In this document: piece after piece, positions 1 through 8,798 of the stretch | Layout of the letters: the number at the start of each line of letters is the position of its first letter | Position numbering within the stretch: position 1 is the first letter of the stretch | DNA from: an uncultured Thermodesulfobacteriaceae bacterium | GTDB lineage: Bacteria; Desulfobacterota; Dissulfuribacteria; Dissulfuribacterales; UBA3076 | Assembly: GCA_964646435.1 (NCBI GenBank) | Contig: CAZYEJ010000006.1 | Span: 1,965 to 65,964 of the forward strand | Reading direction: 5' to 3' | DNA: 64,000 nt | The notes under the pieces: model-generated | The model's input: only the letters and a program-made list of their open reading frames with translations | What the model was told of the DNA's origin: nothing | Database searches by the model: none | Position numbers and translations under genes: made by a program

Positions 1-254
1 ACCACATTGTCACAGGAGATCAGGTCAGCAGAAGAAAACCATTTCCGGATCCATTTCTGGCGGCCCTTTCAGCCCTTGGACAGGGTCCGGAGGCGTGCCT
101 TGTGGTGGAAAACGCACCTGCCGGCATTATGGCTGCCAAGGCCGCTGCCCTCCATTGTGTTGCCCTCACCACCACCCTTTCTGAAGAATACCTGTCTGAA
201 GCGGACGCAGTACTCAGCTCACATGCCGAGCTAAGTGATTATCTTTTTGGATAA
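1..254 (+). CDS. HAD-superfamily (subfamily IA-like) hydrolase, C-terminal fragment; 5' end lies outside the window
   Basis: Frame 3 reads HIVTGDQVSRRKPFPDPFLAALSALGQGPEACLVVENAPAGIMAAKAAALHCVALTT...DYLFG, ending at TAA 252-254. This matches the usual HAD-IA K-P-x-P-D-x-F and E-x-A-x-x-G-I-x-AA-x-AA region. The tracked ORF 7..234 is a different and implausible frame. Confidence 0.6.
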   Translation, partial: HIVTGDQVSRRKPFPDPFLAALSALGQGPEACLVVENAPAGIMAAKAAALHCVALTTTLSEEYLSEADAVLSSHAELSDYLFG

Positions 255-411
255 GCGTTCACAGTTCTGTGGGTTGCTGTAAAATGGGCGTTGTAATTCC
301 GGTCGAGTAGACTGGTTTCAAAGGATCAGGCCGACTTAGCCAAAAATCTCGCCGACGGACAAGATATCCCCAAAATCTGTGGCCTTGGGGAAGCAGAGCT
401 TCTCGAAATTC

Positions 412-439
412 TTGACATTTTCTATTTCATTCTTAATAT
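412..439 (+). promoter_or_regulatory. sigma70-type promoter candidate for tRNA-Gly, possibly also for the rimP-nusA-infB string
   Basis: TTGACA at 412-417, a 16-nt spacer, then TAATAT at 434-439, about 15 nt upstream of the tRNA 5' end. Confidence 0.45.
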
Positions 440-454
440 GCGTTTGGATTACAA

Positions 455-530
455 GCGGGTGTAGCTCAGTTGGTAGAGTACAAGCTTCCCAAGCTTGGGG
501 TCGCGGGTTCAAACCCCGTCGCCCGCTCCA
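455..530 (+). tRNA. tRNA-Gly (anticodon CCC), CCA encoded
   Basis: GCGGGTG acceptor stem, D-arm TAGCTCAGTTGGTAGAG, anticodon stem CAAGC/GCTTG with loop TTCCCAA, T-arm GCGGGTTCAAACCCCGT, 3' CGCCCGC-T-CCA. Confidence 0.9.
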
Positions 531-659
531 ACCCTTTTTGAGGTTTGTGCCTGCTTATGTCGATATTGGGTCGGCTGAGACGGATGTTTACTTCAATTAG
601 TGGGGTTTTTTTGGTATTTTGGTAGTAACGTACAAATATCAATAATATTCTGCTAATGA

Positions 660-686
660 AGTGGGCTAAGCCCACTTTATTTTTTT
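660..686 (+). terminator. Intrinsic terminator or attenuator between tRNA-Gly and rimP
   Basis: Hairpin AGTGGGC-TAA-GCCCACT followed by TTTATTTTTTT. The rimP ATG follows immediately at 687. Confidence 0.6.
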
Positions 687-1160
687 ATGGTACTCAACAA
701 AAAAAATAGAGGACAACAAGCAGAGGTCGTAAGGGGCCTTATTGAACCATTGGTGGCATATGCCGGCATGGAATTGATCGACGTGGAATATGGTCGCGAG
801 CCTTCGGGTGTAATCCTGAGGCTTATTATAGATAAACCTGGTGGAGTGACAATCGATGATTGTTCATACATCAATCATCTGGCAGGCGATTTCCTGGAAG
901 CGAAGGATTCCGTGCCGGGGTCATACAATCTGGAGGTGTCTTCTCCTGGGATTAATCGACCGCTCAAGAAAAAAGATGATTTTGAACGTTTTGCCGGTCA
1001 GAAGATCTTGATCAAGACCAGGGAACTAATAGAAGGCCGCAAAAATTTTAAAGGCATTTTGAATGGGATAAAGGGAAATTTTATTGTTGTTTCCTCAGAG
1101 AAAATGATCTTTAATATTCCTTTTGAGCTGATAGCCAAGGCACGGCTGGACATAATTTAA
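687..1160 (+). CDS. rimP: Ribosome maturation factor RimP
   Basis: LIEPLVAYAGMELIDVEY...LEVSSPGINRPLKK motif and position directly upstream of nusA. Confidence 0.9.
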   Translation: MVLNKKNRGQQAEVVRGLIEPLVAYAGMELIDVEYGREPSGVILRLIIDKPGGVTIDDCSYINHLAGDFLEAKDSVPGSYNLEVSSPGINRPLKKKDDFERFAGQKILIKTRELIEGRKNFKGILNGIKGNFIVVSSEKMIFNIPFELIAKARLDII

Positions 1161-1237
1161 TAGTATAGGAGTTTCCATTTTTTTGACAGGATCAACAGGA
1201 TAGTCAGGATAAATGTAAATCATGTTCATCCTGTCAG
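1159..1237 (+). repeat. About 80-nt hairpin repeat family R1, copy 1
   Basis: AATAGTATAGGAGTTTCCATTTTTTTGACAGGATCAACAGGATA...GTTCATCCTGTCAG. Arms TGACAGGATCAAC and GTTCATCCTGTCA. A near-identical copy lies inverted at 26674-26752. Confidence 0.7.
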
Positions 1238-1281
1238 AAAAGTTCTGCTGTAGGCAGCTAAATTTATACAAGGAATAAAAT

Positions 1282-2685
1282 ATGAGTTCAGAACTCAAGA
1301 TGATCATAGATCAGGTAAGCAGGGAAAAAGGGTTGGACCGTGATATCCTTATCGCTGCCCTTGAGGAGGCAATCAAATCGGCTGTCAAAAAACGATACGG
1401 TGTACACCTTGATCTGGAAGTCAATTTTAACGATGCCAAAGGAGAAATTGAGGTATTTCAATATCGTACTGTAGTAGAAGAGGCTCATGACAAGGAAACA
1501 GAAATTTCCATGGAAGAGGCTAAAGAGCTTGACTCCAAATGTGAATTGGAGGACTGTATCGGCACCAGAATGGATATTTCAGCCCTGGGGCGAATAGCAG
1601 CCCAGTCAGCCAGACAGGTCATCATCCAAAAGATGAAGACTGCTGAAAGGGATCTTATTTATGAGGAATTCAAGGACCGGAAAGGGGAAGTCGTAAACGG
1701 CATTATCCAACGCTATGGAAGGGGAAATGTCATAATCAACCTTGGGCGAACAGAAGCTATCCTTCCCACATCTGAGCAGATTTCCAGCGAAAGCTACCGC
1801 CGTGGTGATAGGCTCCGTGCCTACATCATAGAAGTGAAAGATACACAAAGGGAGCCCCAGATCGTTTTATCCAGGACCCATCCGGAATTTTTGATTAAGC
1901 TCTTTGAGCTGGAAGTGCCGGAGATCTCCGATGGGATAGTTCAGATCATGGGAGTGAGCAGGGAACCCGGAAGCAGATCCAAGATCGCTGTAAGCTCCAG
2001 CGAGTCTGATGTGGATCCCGTGGGGGCTTGTGTGGGAATGCGGGGATCAAGGGTCCAGGCAGTGGTTCAGGAACTCAGGGGCGAGAAAATAGATATAGTG
2101 CCGTGGAGTCCTGATCCGGCAAAGTATATCTACAATGCCTTGGCCCCTGCCGAGTGTTCCAGGGTTATAGTAGATGATTCCAACCTGTCCTTGGAAGTTA
2201 TCGTGCCGGATGACCAGCTCTCTCTTGCCATCGGACGCCAGGGGCAAAACGTGCGTCTTGCCGCCAAACTCATGGGTTGGAGAATAGATGTAAGGAGTGA
2301 GACCCGCTATCAACACTACCAGGATCCTGACTATTATTCATTGTTAGAGATATCCGTTATGACAGAGAACATAGCGGACAAAATCTATGACCTGGGCATT
2401 AATTCACTTGAACTTCTTGCTCAGTCTGATCCTGATGAACTTACACAGGAAACCAATCTGAGTACGGAGTTGATAAACTCATTGGTGGAAGAGGCCAAAA
2501 AGCTGATAGAGGAAAAGAAAACTGGAAAAGAGGATGCTCTGGCCAAAGAAACAGATAGCAGTGAAGAGACCGGAACCGAAAAAGAGGATTTGCCTAAGAT
2601 AGAAGAGAAAGCCGAGGACCACGAGTCTCAAAGTAATTTTGCTCAAAATGTTCCGGACACATTGCACGAAGATCTCGAGGAATGA
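1282..2685 (+). CDS. nusA: Transcription termination/antitermination factor NusA with an acidic C-terminal tail
   Basis: N-terminal [32 protein letters not shown]1 and KH regions ([26 protein letters not shown]), and synteny. Confidence 0.95.
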   Translation: MSSELKMIIDQVSREKGLDRDILIAALEEAIKSAVKKRYGVHLDLEVNFNDAKGEIEVFQYRTVVEEAHDKETEISMEEAKELDSKCELEDCIGTRMDISALGRIAAQSARQVIIQKMKTAERDLIYEEFKDRKGEVVNGIIQRYGRGNVIINLGRTEAILPTSEQISSESYRRGDRLRAYIIEVKDTQREPQIVLSRTHPEFLIKLFELEVPEISDGIVQIMGVSREPGSRSKIAVSSSESDVDPVGACVGMRGSRVQAVVQELRGEKIDIVPWSPDPAKYIYNALAPAECSRVIVDDSNLSLEVIVPDDQLSLAIGRQGQNVRLAAKLMGWRIDVRSETRYQHYQDPDYYSLLEISVMTENIADKIYDLGINSLELLAQSDPDELTQETNLSTELINSLVEEAKKLIEEKKTGKEDALAKETDSSEETGTEKEDLPKIEEKAEDHESQSNFAQNVPDTLHEDLEE

Positions 2686-2700
2686 TTCTGCTGAAATCAG

Positions 2701-2731
2701 TCCAAAGGTCAAAGGTCAAAGCTCAAAGAGC
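2701..2731 (+). repeat. Tandem heptamers of the CAAAG(G/C)T type
   Basis: TCCAAAG GTCAAAG GTCAAAG CTCAAAG starts 16 nt after the nusA stop. The same heptamer family appears at 37645-37685. Confidence 0.6.
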
Positions 2732-2909
2732 TATCGTAATCAACCCTTTTAGCTTTTACGCAACGCCTCAGATAGGGTATTCTCAGTAGAATTATAAAAT
2801 GAATAGTGGTAATAACAAAAAAAATGAACAAGTCAATCCAGGATGTACTAATTGAGAGCCTAATCGGCTCTTTTAGGCAGAGTTATATTGCCGGGGGTTA
2901 AAGACAGGC

Positions 2910-5639
2910 ATGGCTAAAATCAGAGTCCATGAGCTGGCCAAGGAATTCGGAATAGCCAGCAAAGAGATGGCGACCAAGATTATGGATCTTGGTTACAACA
3001 TCAAGAACTACATGAGTGCGCTTGAGGACTATGAGGCTCGGGATATCCGTCGCAAGTTCAAGGACAAAGCACATGCGGCAGAAAAGAAAGAGCAAGAGGC
3101 CAAGCCCAGGACCACGGTACGTCTCAGGCACCGAAAAATTACCCTCAAAAAGATCGTTCATCCAACTGAATCTGAAGAGAAGGTCGTTCCTAAGGTATCT
3201 GTGAAAGAGGCTGCGGTGATGGAGGAAAAAGCGGAAGGGGCTATCCCCGTCGCCGGGAAAGAGGAAGAAATTAAGGCTGGGGGAGAAGCCCCGGCTACTG
3301 AAGCAGAACAGTTAGAAATCGAATCAGGGCAAGAGGTAACCGAGACCGCAACAGAAGTAGTGGAAGAGCCCCTGCCTGAAAAACAGCCTGCCCAGCCTAA
3401 AGGCGTTTCTAAACCCAAGACTGTAAAAAAGGCCAAAGTCGCTAGGCACAAAAGCTTTGTAAAAATTCTTGACCGGCCGAAGATTGAAATCCCTAAGCAG
3501 CCAAACAATAGACCTAAAAGGCCTACCCCACGGCCTAAAAGGCCCTCTCACACGGATGCACCTCATGCAGAACCGTCGCCCAATTTAGTTGATATTTCCG
3601 TAGTCCCTGGGAAAAAGGACAGAAAAAAGGGCAAAAGAGTAGTCCAGATGTCGGAGTTGGGAGGATCGCTCAAAAAGCGTCGGGTCATTCCCAAGCGAAG
3701 GGGAAGACAGAGACATATAGACAAAGTTTTTGCAGAAGAAAGCAATATCACAGCATCCGGCCGGAAGAAAACCAGGATTTCCGGGATCCATGGCGATTCA
3801 GGACAAAAGAAGAAAATAGTCCTCCAGCCCGGCACTGTGCCTCCCAAAGCAAGCAAACGAAAGTTTGCCATATATGAGACTGTTCAGGTAGGTGAGCTTG
3901 CCAAGCGGATGGGCGTCAAGGCAGGAGACATTATAATGAAGCTCATGGAGCTGGGCGTAATGGCCACGGTAAATCAGTCTATCGACTACGACGTAGCCAG
4001 TATTGTGGCATCCGGATTTGACTATGAGCTGGAGAAGAAGTCCGTGGCTGAGGACCTGGTCCACATGAAGGATGTCCAGGAAGGCAAGCCTGTGCCAAGA
4101 CCTCCTGTGATTACAATCATGGGCCATGTAGATCATGGGAAAACCTCACTCCTGGATGCCATACGCAACGCGGATGTAGTCTCAAAGGAGGCGGGTGGCA
4201 TCACCCAGCACATAGGCGCATATCACGTCACACTTCCCTCCGGCCAGGAAGTAGTCTTTCTGGATACACCGGGCCATGAGGCATTTACAGCTATGAGGTC
4301 TCGCGGGGCCAAGGTTACTGATATCGTGATCCTACTGGTGGCAGCGGATGACGGCGTAATGGCCCAGACACGTGAGGCCATAGATCACGCTCGGGCAGCC
4401 GAGGTGCCCATCATTGTAGCAATCAACAAGATTGACAAGCCTGGGGCGAATCCGGAAAAGGTGAAAGGGGAACTTGCTGAACTGGGATTGATTCCAGAGG
4501 ATTGGGGTGGAGAGACTATTTGCATCAACATCTCAGCCAAAGAAAAAACAGGAATCGAAGAACTGCTTGAGTTGATGGCCCTCCAGGCCGAGGTGATGGA
4601 ACTCAAGGCAGATCCCAATCGGCCTGCCAGAGGTCACGTGATAGAGGCGAAGCTGGACAAGGGGCGTGGCCCTGTGGCTACCCTGCTGATTTCAGAAGGG
4701 ACGCTGCACATAGGTGATGCTTTGGTCTGCGGCATACACCACGGCAGAGTACGGGCCATGTTCGACGACAAGGGTAAAAGGATAAAGACTGCCAGCCCAT
4801 CCATGCCTGTGGCAATTCAGGGTCTCTCCGGCGTGCCGGAGGCGGGGAACGAATTCGCAGTACTTTTTGACGACAAAAAAGCCAGAGAAGTGGCTGAGTA
4901 TCGCCAACGTAAGATAAGAGAGACAGAACTGTTCAAGAGTAGCAAGGTAAGTCTGGAAAATGTCTTTGAAAAACTCCGGGAGGAGGAACTCAAAGAACTC
5001 AACATATTACTCAAGACAGATGTTCAGGGCTCTGTGGAGGCCCTTCTGGAGGCATTGCGCAAGCTCAGTACTCAAGAGATAAAGGTGAATTTTATCAGGA
5101 GCGGTATCGGGGCCATTACCGAATCCGACGTCTTGCTGGCATCTGCCTCAGATGCAATTATCATAGGTTTCAATGTAAAACCCAGCCCGCAGGCAAAGGC
5201 CTTGGCCGAGCGGGAACATGTGGACATCCGCTTCTATGACGTCATTTACCATGCCGTGGAGGAGATAAAAAGCGCCATGGTCGGGCTGTTGGAACCTGTT
5301 TATAAGGAAAAAACCCTGGGACGCGCCGAGGTGCGTGACGTCTTCCACATTGCCAAAGTCGGTACAGTGGCAGGGAGCTATGTGCTGGATGGCTTGATCC
5401 AGAGAAATGTTCAGGCCAGGCTCTTAAGAGACAACGTTGTAGTCTACAATGGCAAGATAGCGTCTCTTCGTCGCTTTAAAGAGGACGCAAAAGAAGTCCA
5501 GGCCGGGTACGAATGCGGAATCGGCCTTGAAAGGTTCAATGACGTAAAAACAGGGGACATAATAGAGGTCTATATAATAGAAGAGGAGGCCCCGGTCCTT
5601 GGAGAATCTTTATATAAGGCCGGAGAGAAGGAAATTTGA
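2910..5639 (+). CDS. infB: Translation initiation factor IF-2
   Basis: [16 protein letters not shown]-terminus and GTPase motifs [24 protein letters not shown]. Confidence 0.97.
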   Translation: MAKIRVHELAKEFGIASKEMATKIMDLGYNIKNYMSALEDYEARDIRRKFKDKAHAAEKKEQEAKPRTTVRLRHRKITLKKIVHPTESEEKVVPKVSVKEAAVMEEKAEGAIPVAGKEEEIKAGGEAPATEAEQLEIESGQEVTETATEVVEEPLPEKQPAQPKGVSKPKTVKKAKVARHKSFVKILDRPKIEIPKQPNNRPKRPTPRPKRPSHTDAPHAEPSPNLVDISVVPGKKDRKKGKRVVQMSELGGSLKKRRVIPKRRGRQRHIDKVFAEESNITASGRKKTRISGIHGDSGQKKKIVLQPGTVPPKASKRKFAIYETVQVGELAKRMGVKAGDIIMKLMELGVMATVNQSIDYDVASIVASGFDYELEKKSVAEDLVHMKDVQEGKPVPRPPVITIMGHVDHGKTSLLDAIRNADVVSKEAGGITQHIGAYHVTLPSGQEVVFLDTPGHEAFTAMRSRGAKVTDIVILLVAADDGVMAQTREAIDHARAAEVPIIVAINKIDKPGANPEKVKGELAELGLIPEDWGGETICINISAKEKTGIEELLELMALQAEVMELKADPNRPARGHVIEAKLDKGRGPVATLLISEGTLHIGDALVCGIHHGRVRAMFDDKGKRIKTASPSMPVAIQGLSGVPEAGNEFAVLFDDKKAREVAEYRQRKIRETELFKSSKVSLENVFEKLREEELKELNILLKTDVQGSVEALLEALRKLSTQEIKVNFIRSGIGAITESDVLLASASDAIIIGFNVKPSPQAKALAEREHVDIRFYDVIYHAVEEIKSAMVGLLEPVYKEKTLGRAEVRDVFHIAKVGTVAGSYVLDGLIQRNVQARLLRDNVVVYNGKIASLRRFKEDAKEVQAGYECGIGLERFNDVKTGDIIEVYIIEEEAPVLGESLYKAGEKEI

Positions 5640-5700
5640 AATTGGATAAACACAAAGATGCAGATGCATTACCTAATTTCGAATTTCCAGTTTCAGCATC
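5631..5700 (+). repeat. Hairpin repeat family R5, copy 1; contains the infB stop codon
   Basis: GAAATTTGAAATTGG...CATTACCTAATTTCGAATTTC. A homologous copy lies at 20884-20957. Confidence 0.65.
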
Positions 5701-5768
5701 CGTATCCAATTCGATAACGCACGTTTTTTTGAAGAAAGTGCAAACTGGTGAATGAAGGATGCCGATAA

Positions 5769-6062
5769 ATGATCGTGGGGATAATCAGGCTCAGGGTGAG
5801 ACTGCCCGGAAACCGTTCGCTAAAGGGAAAACGGCGTGTGGTTAAGAGTTTGATTGGCCAGGTGCGTAGCCGTTTCAATGTTGCTGTATCAGAAATAGCC
5901 ATGAACGATGTATGGCAAAGGGCGGAGATAGGAATATCCACAATAGGAAACAGCCAGCCAATAATCAATTCTGTCCTGGATAAGATCCTGGAATTTATTG
6001 AAAGGACCTGTCTGGTAGAGATTATTGATACAGATATCGAAATTATTAACATGGGAAAGTAG
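5769..6062 (+). CDS. DUF503 (YlxP-like) protein
   Basis: MIVGIIRLRVRLPGNRSLKGKRRVVKSL pattern and the conserved position between infB and rbfA. Confidence 0.8.
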   Translation: MIVGIIRLRVRLPGNRSLKGKRRVVKSLIGQVRSRFNVAVSEIAMNDVWQRAEIGISTIGNSQPIINSVLDKILEFIERTCLVEIIDTDIEIINMGK

Positions 6063-6073
6063 GAAGACTAACT

Positions 6074-6442
6074 ATGCCCCGCATGTTCCCCCGTTCCAAG
6101 CGGATAAAGGATCTTCTCAGGAAAGAAATGGCAGACATGCTGCTTGGTGAAATTAAGGATCCAAGGATCCAAGGGCTAGTGACCATAATGCAGGTAGAGG
6201 TCTCAGAAGACCTCCGTAACGCAAAGTTTTTTATTTCGGTTTTTGGGAATGAGTCTGAAAGGGAATCCGTGCTGAAAGGACTGAATAAGGCTAAGGGCTT
6301 CATACGGCGAACACTGGGACACCGCCTTGACCTCAGGCGGATACCTGAACTGCATTTTCAACTGGACCGGAGTCTGGATGACCAGGAAAAGATAGAAAGA
6401 CTCCTTGCCGGTGTGCAAACCGGCCAACAGACAGAGAATTGA
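6074..6442 (+). CDS. rbfA: Ribosome-binding factor A
   Basis: RSKRIKDLLRKEMADMLLGEIKDPRI...RIPELHFQLD and synteny. Confidence 0.92.
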   Translation: MPRMFPRSKRIKDLLRKEMADMLLGEIKDPRIQGLVTIMQVEVSEDLRNAKFFISVFGNESERESVLKGLNKAKGFIRRTLGHRLDLRRIPELHFQLDRSLDDQEKIERLLAGVQTGQQTEN

Positions 6443-7494
6443 GAGACACTGTGACTGAAGTTTTACCCAAAGACACCAAGACACTGAAGGCCGCGGTAGA
6501 TGCCATTAATGCATCTGATCGTCTCCTTTTGACCTGTCATATCAAGCCGGACGGAGATGCTTTGGGTTCTGTATTGGGCCTGGGCCTTGCCCTTAAGGAT
6601 GCAGGAAAAGACGTAACCCTTTTCATAGAAGAACCCTCACCGGCTTCACTTCAATTTCTCCCCGGCTCTCAGTACCTGGTCAATGAAGTGGCCGATCCGT
6701 TGCCTGAAAAAACCACTCTTGTGGTCCTTGACTGCAATGAACCCCACAGGATCGGAAGGCAGGCACAAAGGTTTATAGAACAGGCCTCGCTTATTGTGGT
6801 TCTGGATCATCACTTGAGCCAGGCCCCGTTTTGTGCTCAAACTTCGGGAACAAAACGCCCTCATTGCATAAGCTATATATCTACGGACATTTTTGCCGCA
6901 GGGGCCATAGTCCTCTGGATCATCAAAGGACTTGGATGGCCTATAACAAAAGACATCGCCACAAATCTCTATGCTGCCATATTGTCAGACACAGGGTGTT
7001 TCCGTCATAGTAATACGAATGAAACAGCTTTCCGGATGGCCGGGGATCTCGTGGCCCACGGCGCAAACTCCTATGCCGTTGCGAACAATCTTTATCAAAA
7101 ATATTCTCTATGCAGGCAACACCTTTTAGGCCTTGTATTAAGGACTATTGAGGTAAGGGGACATGGCAAGATAGGTCTTCTTCAGGCCACTCCTGAGATG
7201 TTCCGTGTCAGCGGAGCAACGGAGCACGACACAGATGACTTTGTAGGGCATGTCCGGTGTATAGATACAGTAGAGGTTGCTATTTTCATAAAAGAGGTCT
7301 ATGCCGGGCAGGTATCTGTCAGCATGAGGTCAAAATCATTCTTTAATGTGGCAAAGCTGGCAAAAAAATTCGGAGGCGGCGGGCATTTTCACGCAGCAGG
7401 TTTCCGCAAGACCGGGACAGCAGCCGAAATTAGACAGGCCCTGTTGAATAAAATAAATGCCTATCTTGAAGGCTCGGAAACAGCCGATGCTTGA
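6439..7494 (+). CDS. DHH/DHHA1 phosphoesterase (NrnA-like oligoribonuclease / pAp phosphatase)
   Basis: CHIKPDGDALGS, LDHH and GGGGH motifs. Confidence 0.8.
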   Translation: MRDTVTEVLPKDTKTLKAAVDAINASDRLLLTCHIKPDGDALGSVLGLGLALKDAGKDVTLFIEEPSPASLQFLPGSQYLVNEVADPLPEKTTLVVLDCNEPHRIGRQAQRFIEQASLIVVLDHHLSQAPFCAQTSGTKRPHCISYISTDIFAAGAIVLWIIKGLGWPITKDIATNLYAAILSDTGCFRHSNTNETAFRMAGDLVAHGANSYAVANNLYQKYSLCRQHLLGLVLRTIEVRGHGKIGLLQATPEMFRVSGATEHDTDDFVGHVRCIDTVEVAIFIKEVYAGQVSVSMRSKSFFNVAKLAKKFGGGGHFHAAGFRKTGTAAEIRQALLNKINAYLEGSETADA

Positions 7495-8479
7495 TGGTAT
7501 CCTGGTAATGGACAAGGCATTCGGCATAACGTCCTTCCAAATGGTTCAGGAAGTTCGCAAAAGGCTTAAAGTTAAAAAAGCCGGGCATGCAGGTACCCTT
7601 GATCCACTTGCCACAGGTGTATTGCCCATATGTCTGGGACGAGCGACAAAGATCGTCCAGTTTATTATGGCAGGTCACAAGGTATATCAAGGGACTATGC
7701 TCCTTGGAATAGCCACCGACACTTACGATGCAGCAGGCAAAGTCACGGAGCAGAAACCTTTACCCCCAAGTCTTGACCTAATCTCTTTACAAGAGGCGGC
7801 CAAAGAATTTACAGGCAGGCTTCTTCAGCCGCCTCCACCATTTTCAGCCGCCAAGCATAAAGGGAAACCGTTATACAAATTCGCACGTCAGGGAATAATG
7901 GTCCAAAAAGAGCCTAGGCCGGTGCAGGTATTCTTCTTTGAGATCCTTGAAATAAGGTTACCCGAGGTGGACTTCAGAGTACACTGCTCAAAAGGTACCT
8001 ATGTGAGGTCACTTGTACATGACCTAGGGTCAAATCTGGGTTGTGGCGGTCATGTGACGAGACTGCGAAGGACCCGAAGTGGACCTTTCAACATAGAGCA
8101 GGCCCTGGAAATGGAGACCCTGGACGAAATTCTTAAGAACAAAAGGCTTTCAGAGGTCCTTATTCCTATTGGAAAGGCATTGGCTCACATCCCTGCCATT
8201 GATATAGATAATGAGATGGCAACAGAGTTAAGGAATGGACGTCCAATTTTTGTAAATAGGCTCAAGGATCTAATGGAATCGCAAGGCCATAAGTCAGATA
8301 CGGAGCTACCTTATCTGCGTCTTCTTCTTTGCAGGCCGCCTTACATAAAAAATGGTTCAAGCCTGCAGGAAAAAGATCTGGTATCCGTGGTGGCATGGCC
8401 CACAGCGCTAAAACTGGATGGCCATAAAATACTGCGTCCCATAAAAGTCTGGCCAAAAGAATATGGTATTACAAATTAA
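7487..8479 (+). CDS. truB: tRNA pseudouridine-55 synthase TruB
   Basis: GILVMDKAFGITSFQMV...KKAGHAGTLDPLATGVLPI. The ATG at 7487 overlaps the upstream stop (ATGCTTGA). The tracked start at 7457 is also possible. Confidence 0.92.
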   Translation: MLDGILVMDKAFGITSFQMVQEVRKRLKVKKAGHAGTLDPLATGVLPICLGRATKIVQFIMAGHKVYQGTMLLGIATDTYDAAGKVTEQKPLPPSLDLISLQEAAKEFTGRLLQPPPPFSAAKHKGKPLYKFARQGIMVQKEPRPVQVFFFEILEIRLPEVDFRVHCSKGTYVRSLVHDLGSNLGCGGHVTRLRRTRSGPFNIEQALEMETLDEILKNKRLSEVLIPIGKALAHIPAIDIDNEMATELRNGRPIFVNRLKDLMESQGHKSDTELPYLRLLLCRPPYIKNGSSLQEKDLVSVVAWPTALKLDGHKILRPIKVWPKEYGITN

Positions 8480-8524
8480 ATAAGAAATATCAAATCGTAG
8501 TTATAATGAAGGAGGAAAAAATAG

Positions 8525-8794
8525 GTGGTGTTGGATCCGGAACGTAAGAAAGAAATTATAGAGAATTTCCAGACCCACGGGACTGATACTGGGTCCCCTG
8601 AGGTTCAGATAGCCCTGTTGAGTTCCCGTATTGGCTATCTCACCGAGCACTTCAAGATCCATAAGAAGGATCACGGCTCAAGACGCGGCCTGCTAAAACT
8701 TGTAGGCCAGAGAAGGAGGATGCTCGATTACCTCAAGAACCGGGATGTGGGACGGTACAGGAAAATTATAAAGGAGCTTGGAATCCGCAAGTAA
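8525..8794 (+). CDS. rpsO: 30S ribosomal protein S15
   Basis: [56 protein letters not shown] lies 10 nt upstream of the GTG start. Confidence 0.96.
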   Translation: MVLDPERKKEIIENFQTHGTDTGSPEVQIALLSSRIGYLTEHFKIHKKDHGSRRGLLKLVGQRRRMLDYLKNRDVGRYRKIIKELGIRK

Positions 8795-8798
8795 TACG

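Noticed and set aside
7-234. Tracked 75-aa ORF at the window start
   Set aside because: Frame 3 of the same region gives a clean HAD-hydrolase C-terminus ending at 254. The tracked frame is a proline/arginine-rich shadow.
379-675. ORFs 379..600 (+) and 466..675 (-) overlapping tRNA-Gly
   Set aside because: They overlap a canonical tRNA and its terminator and have no coding signal.
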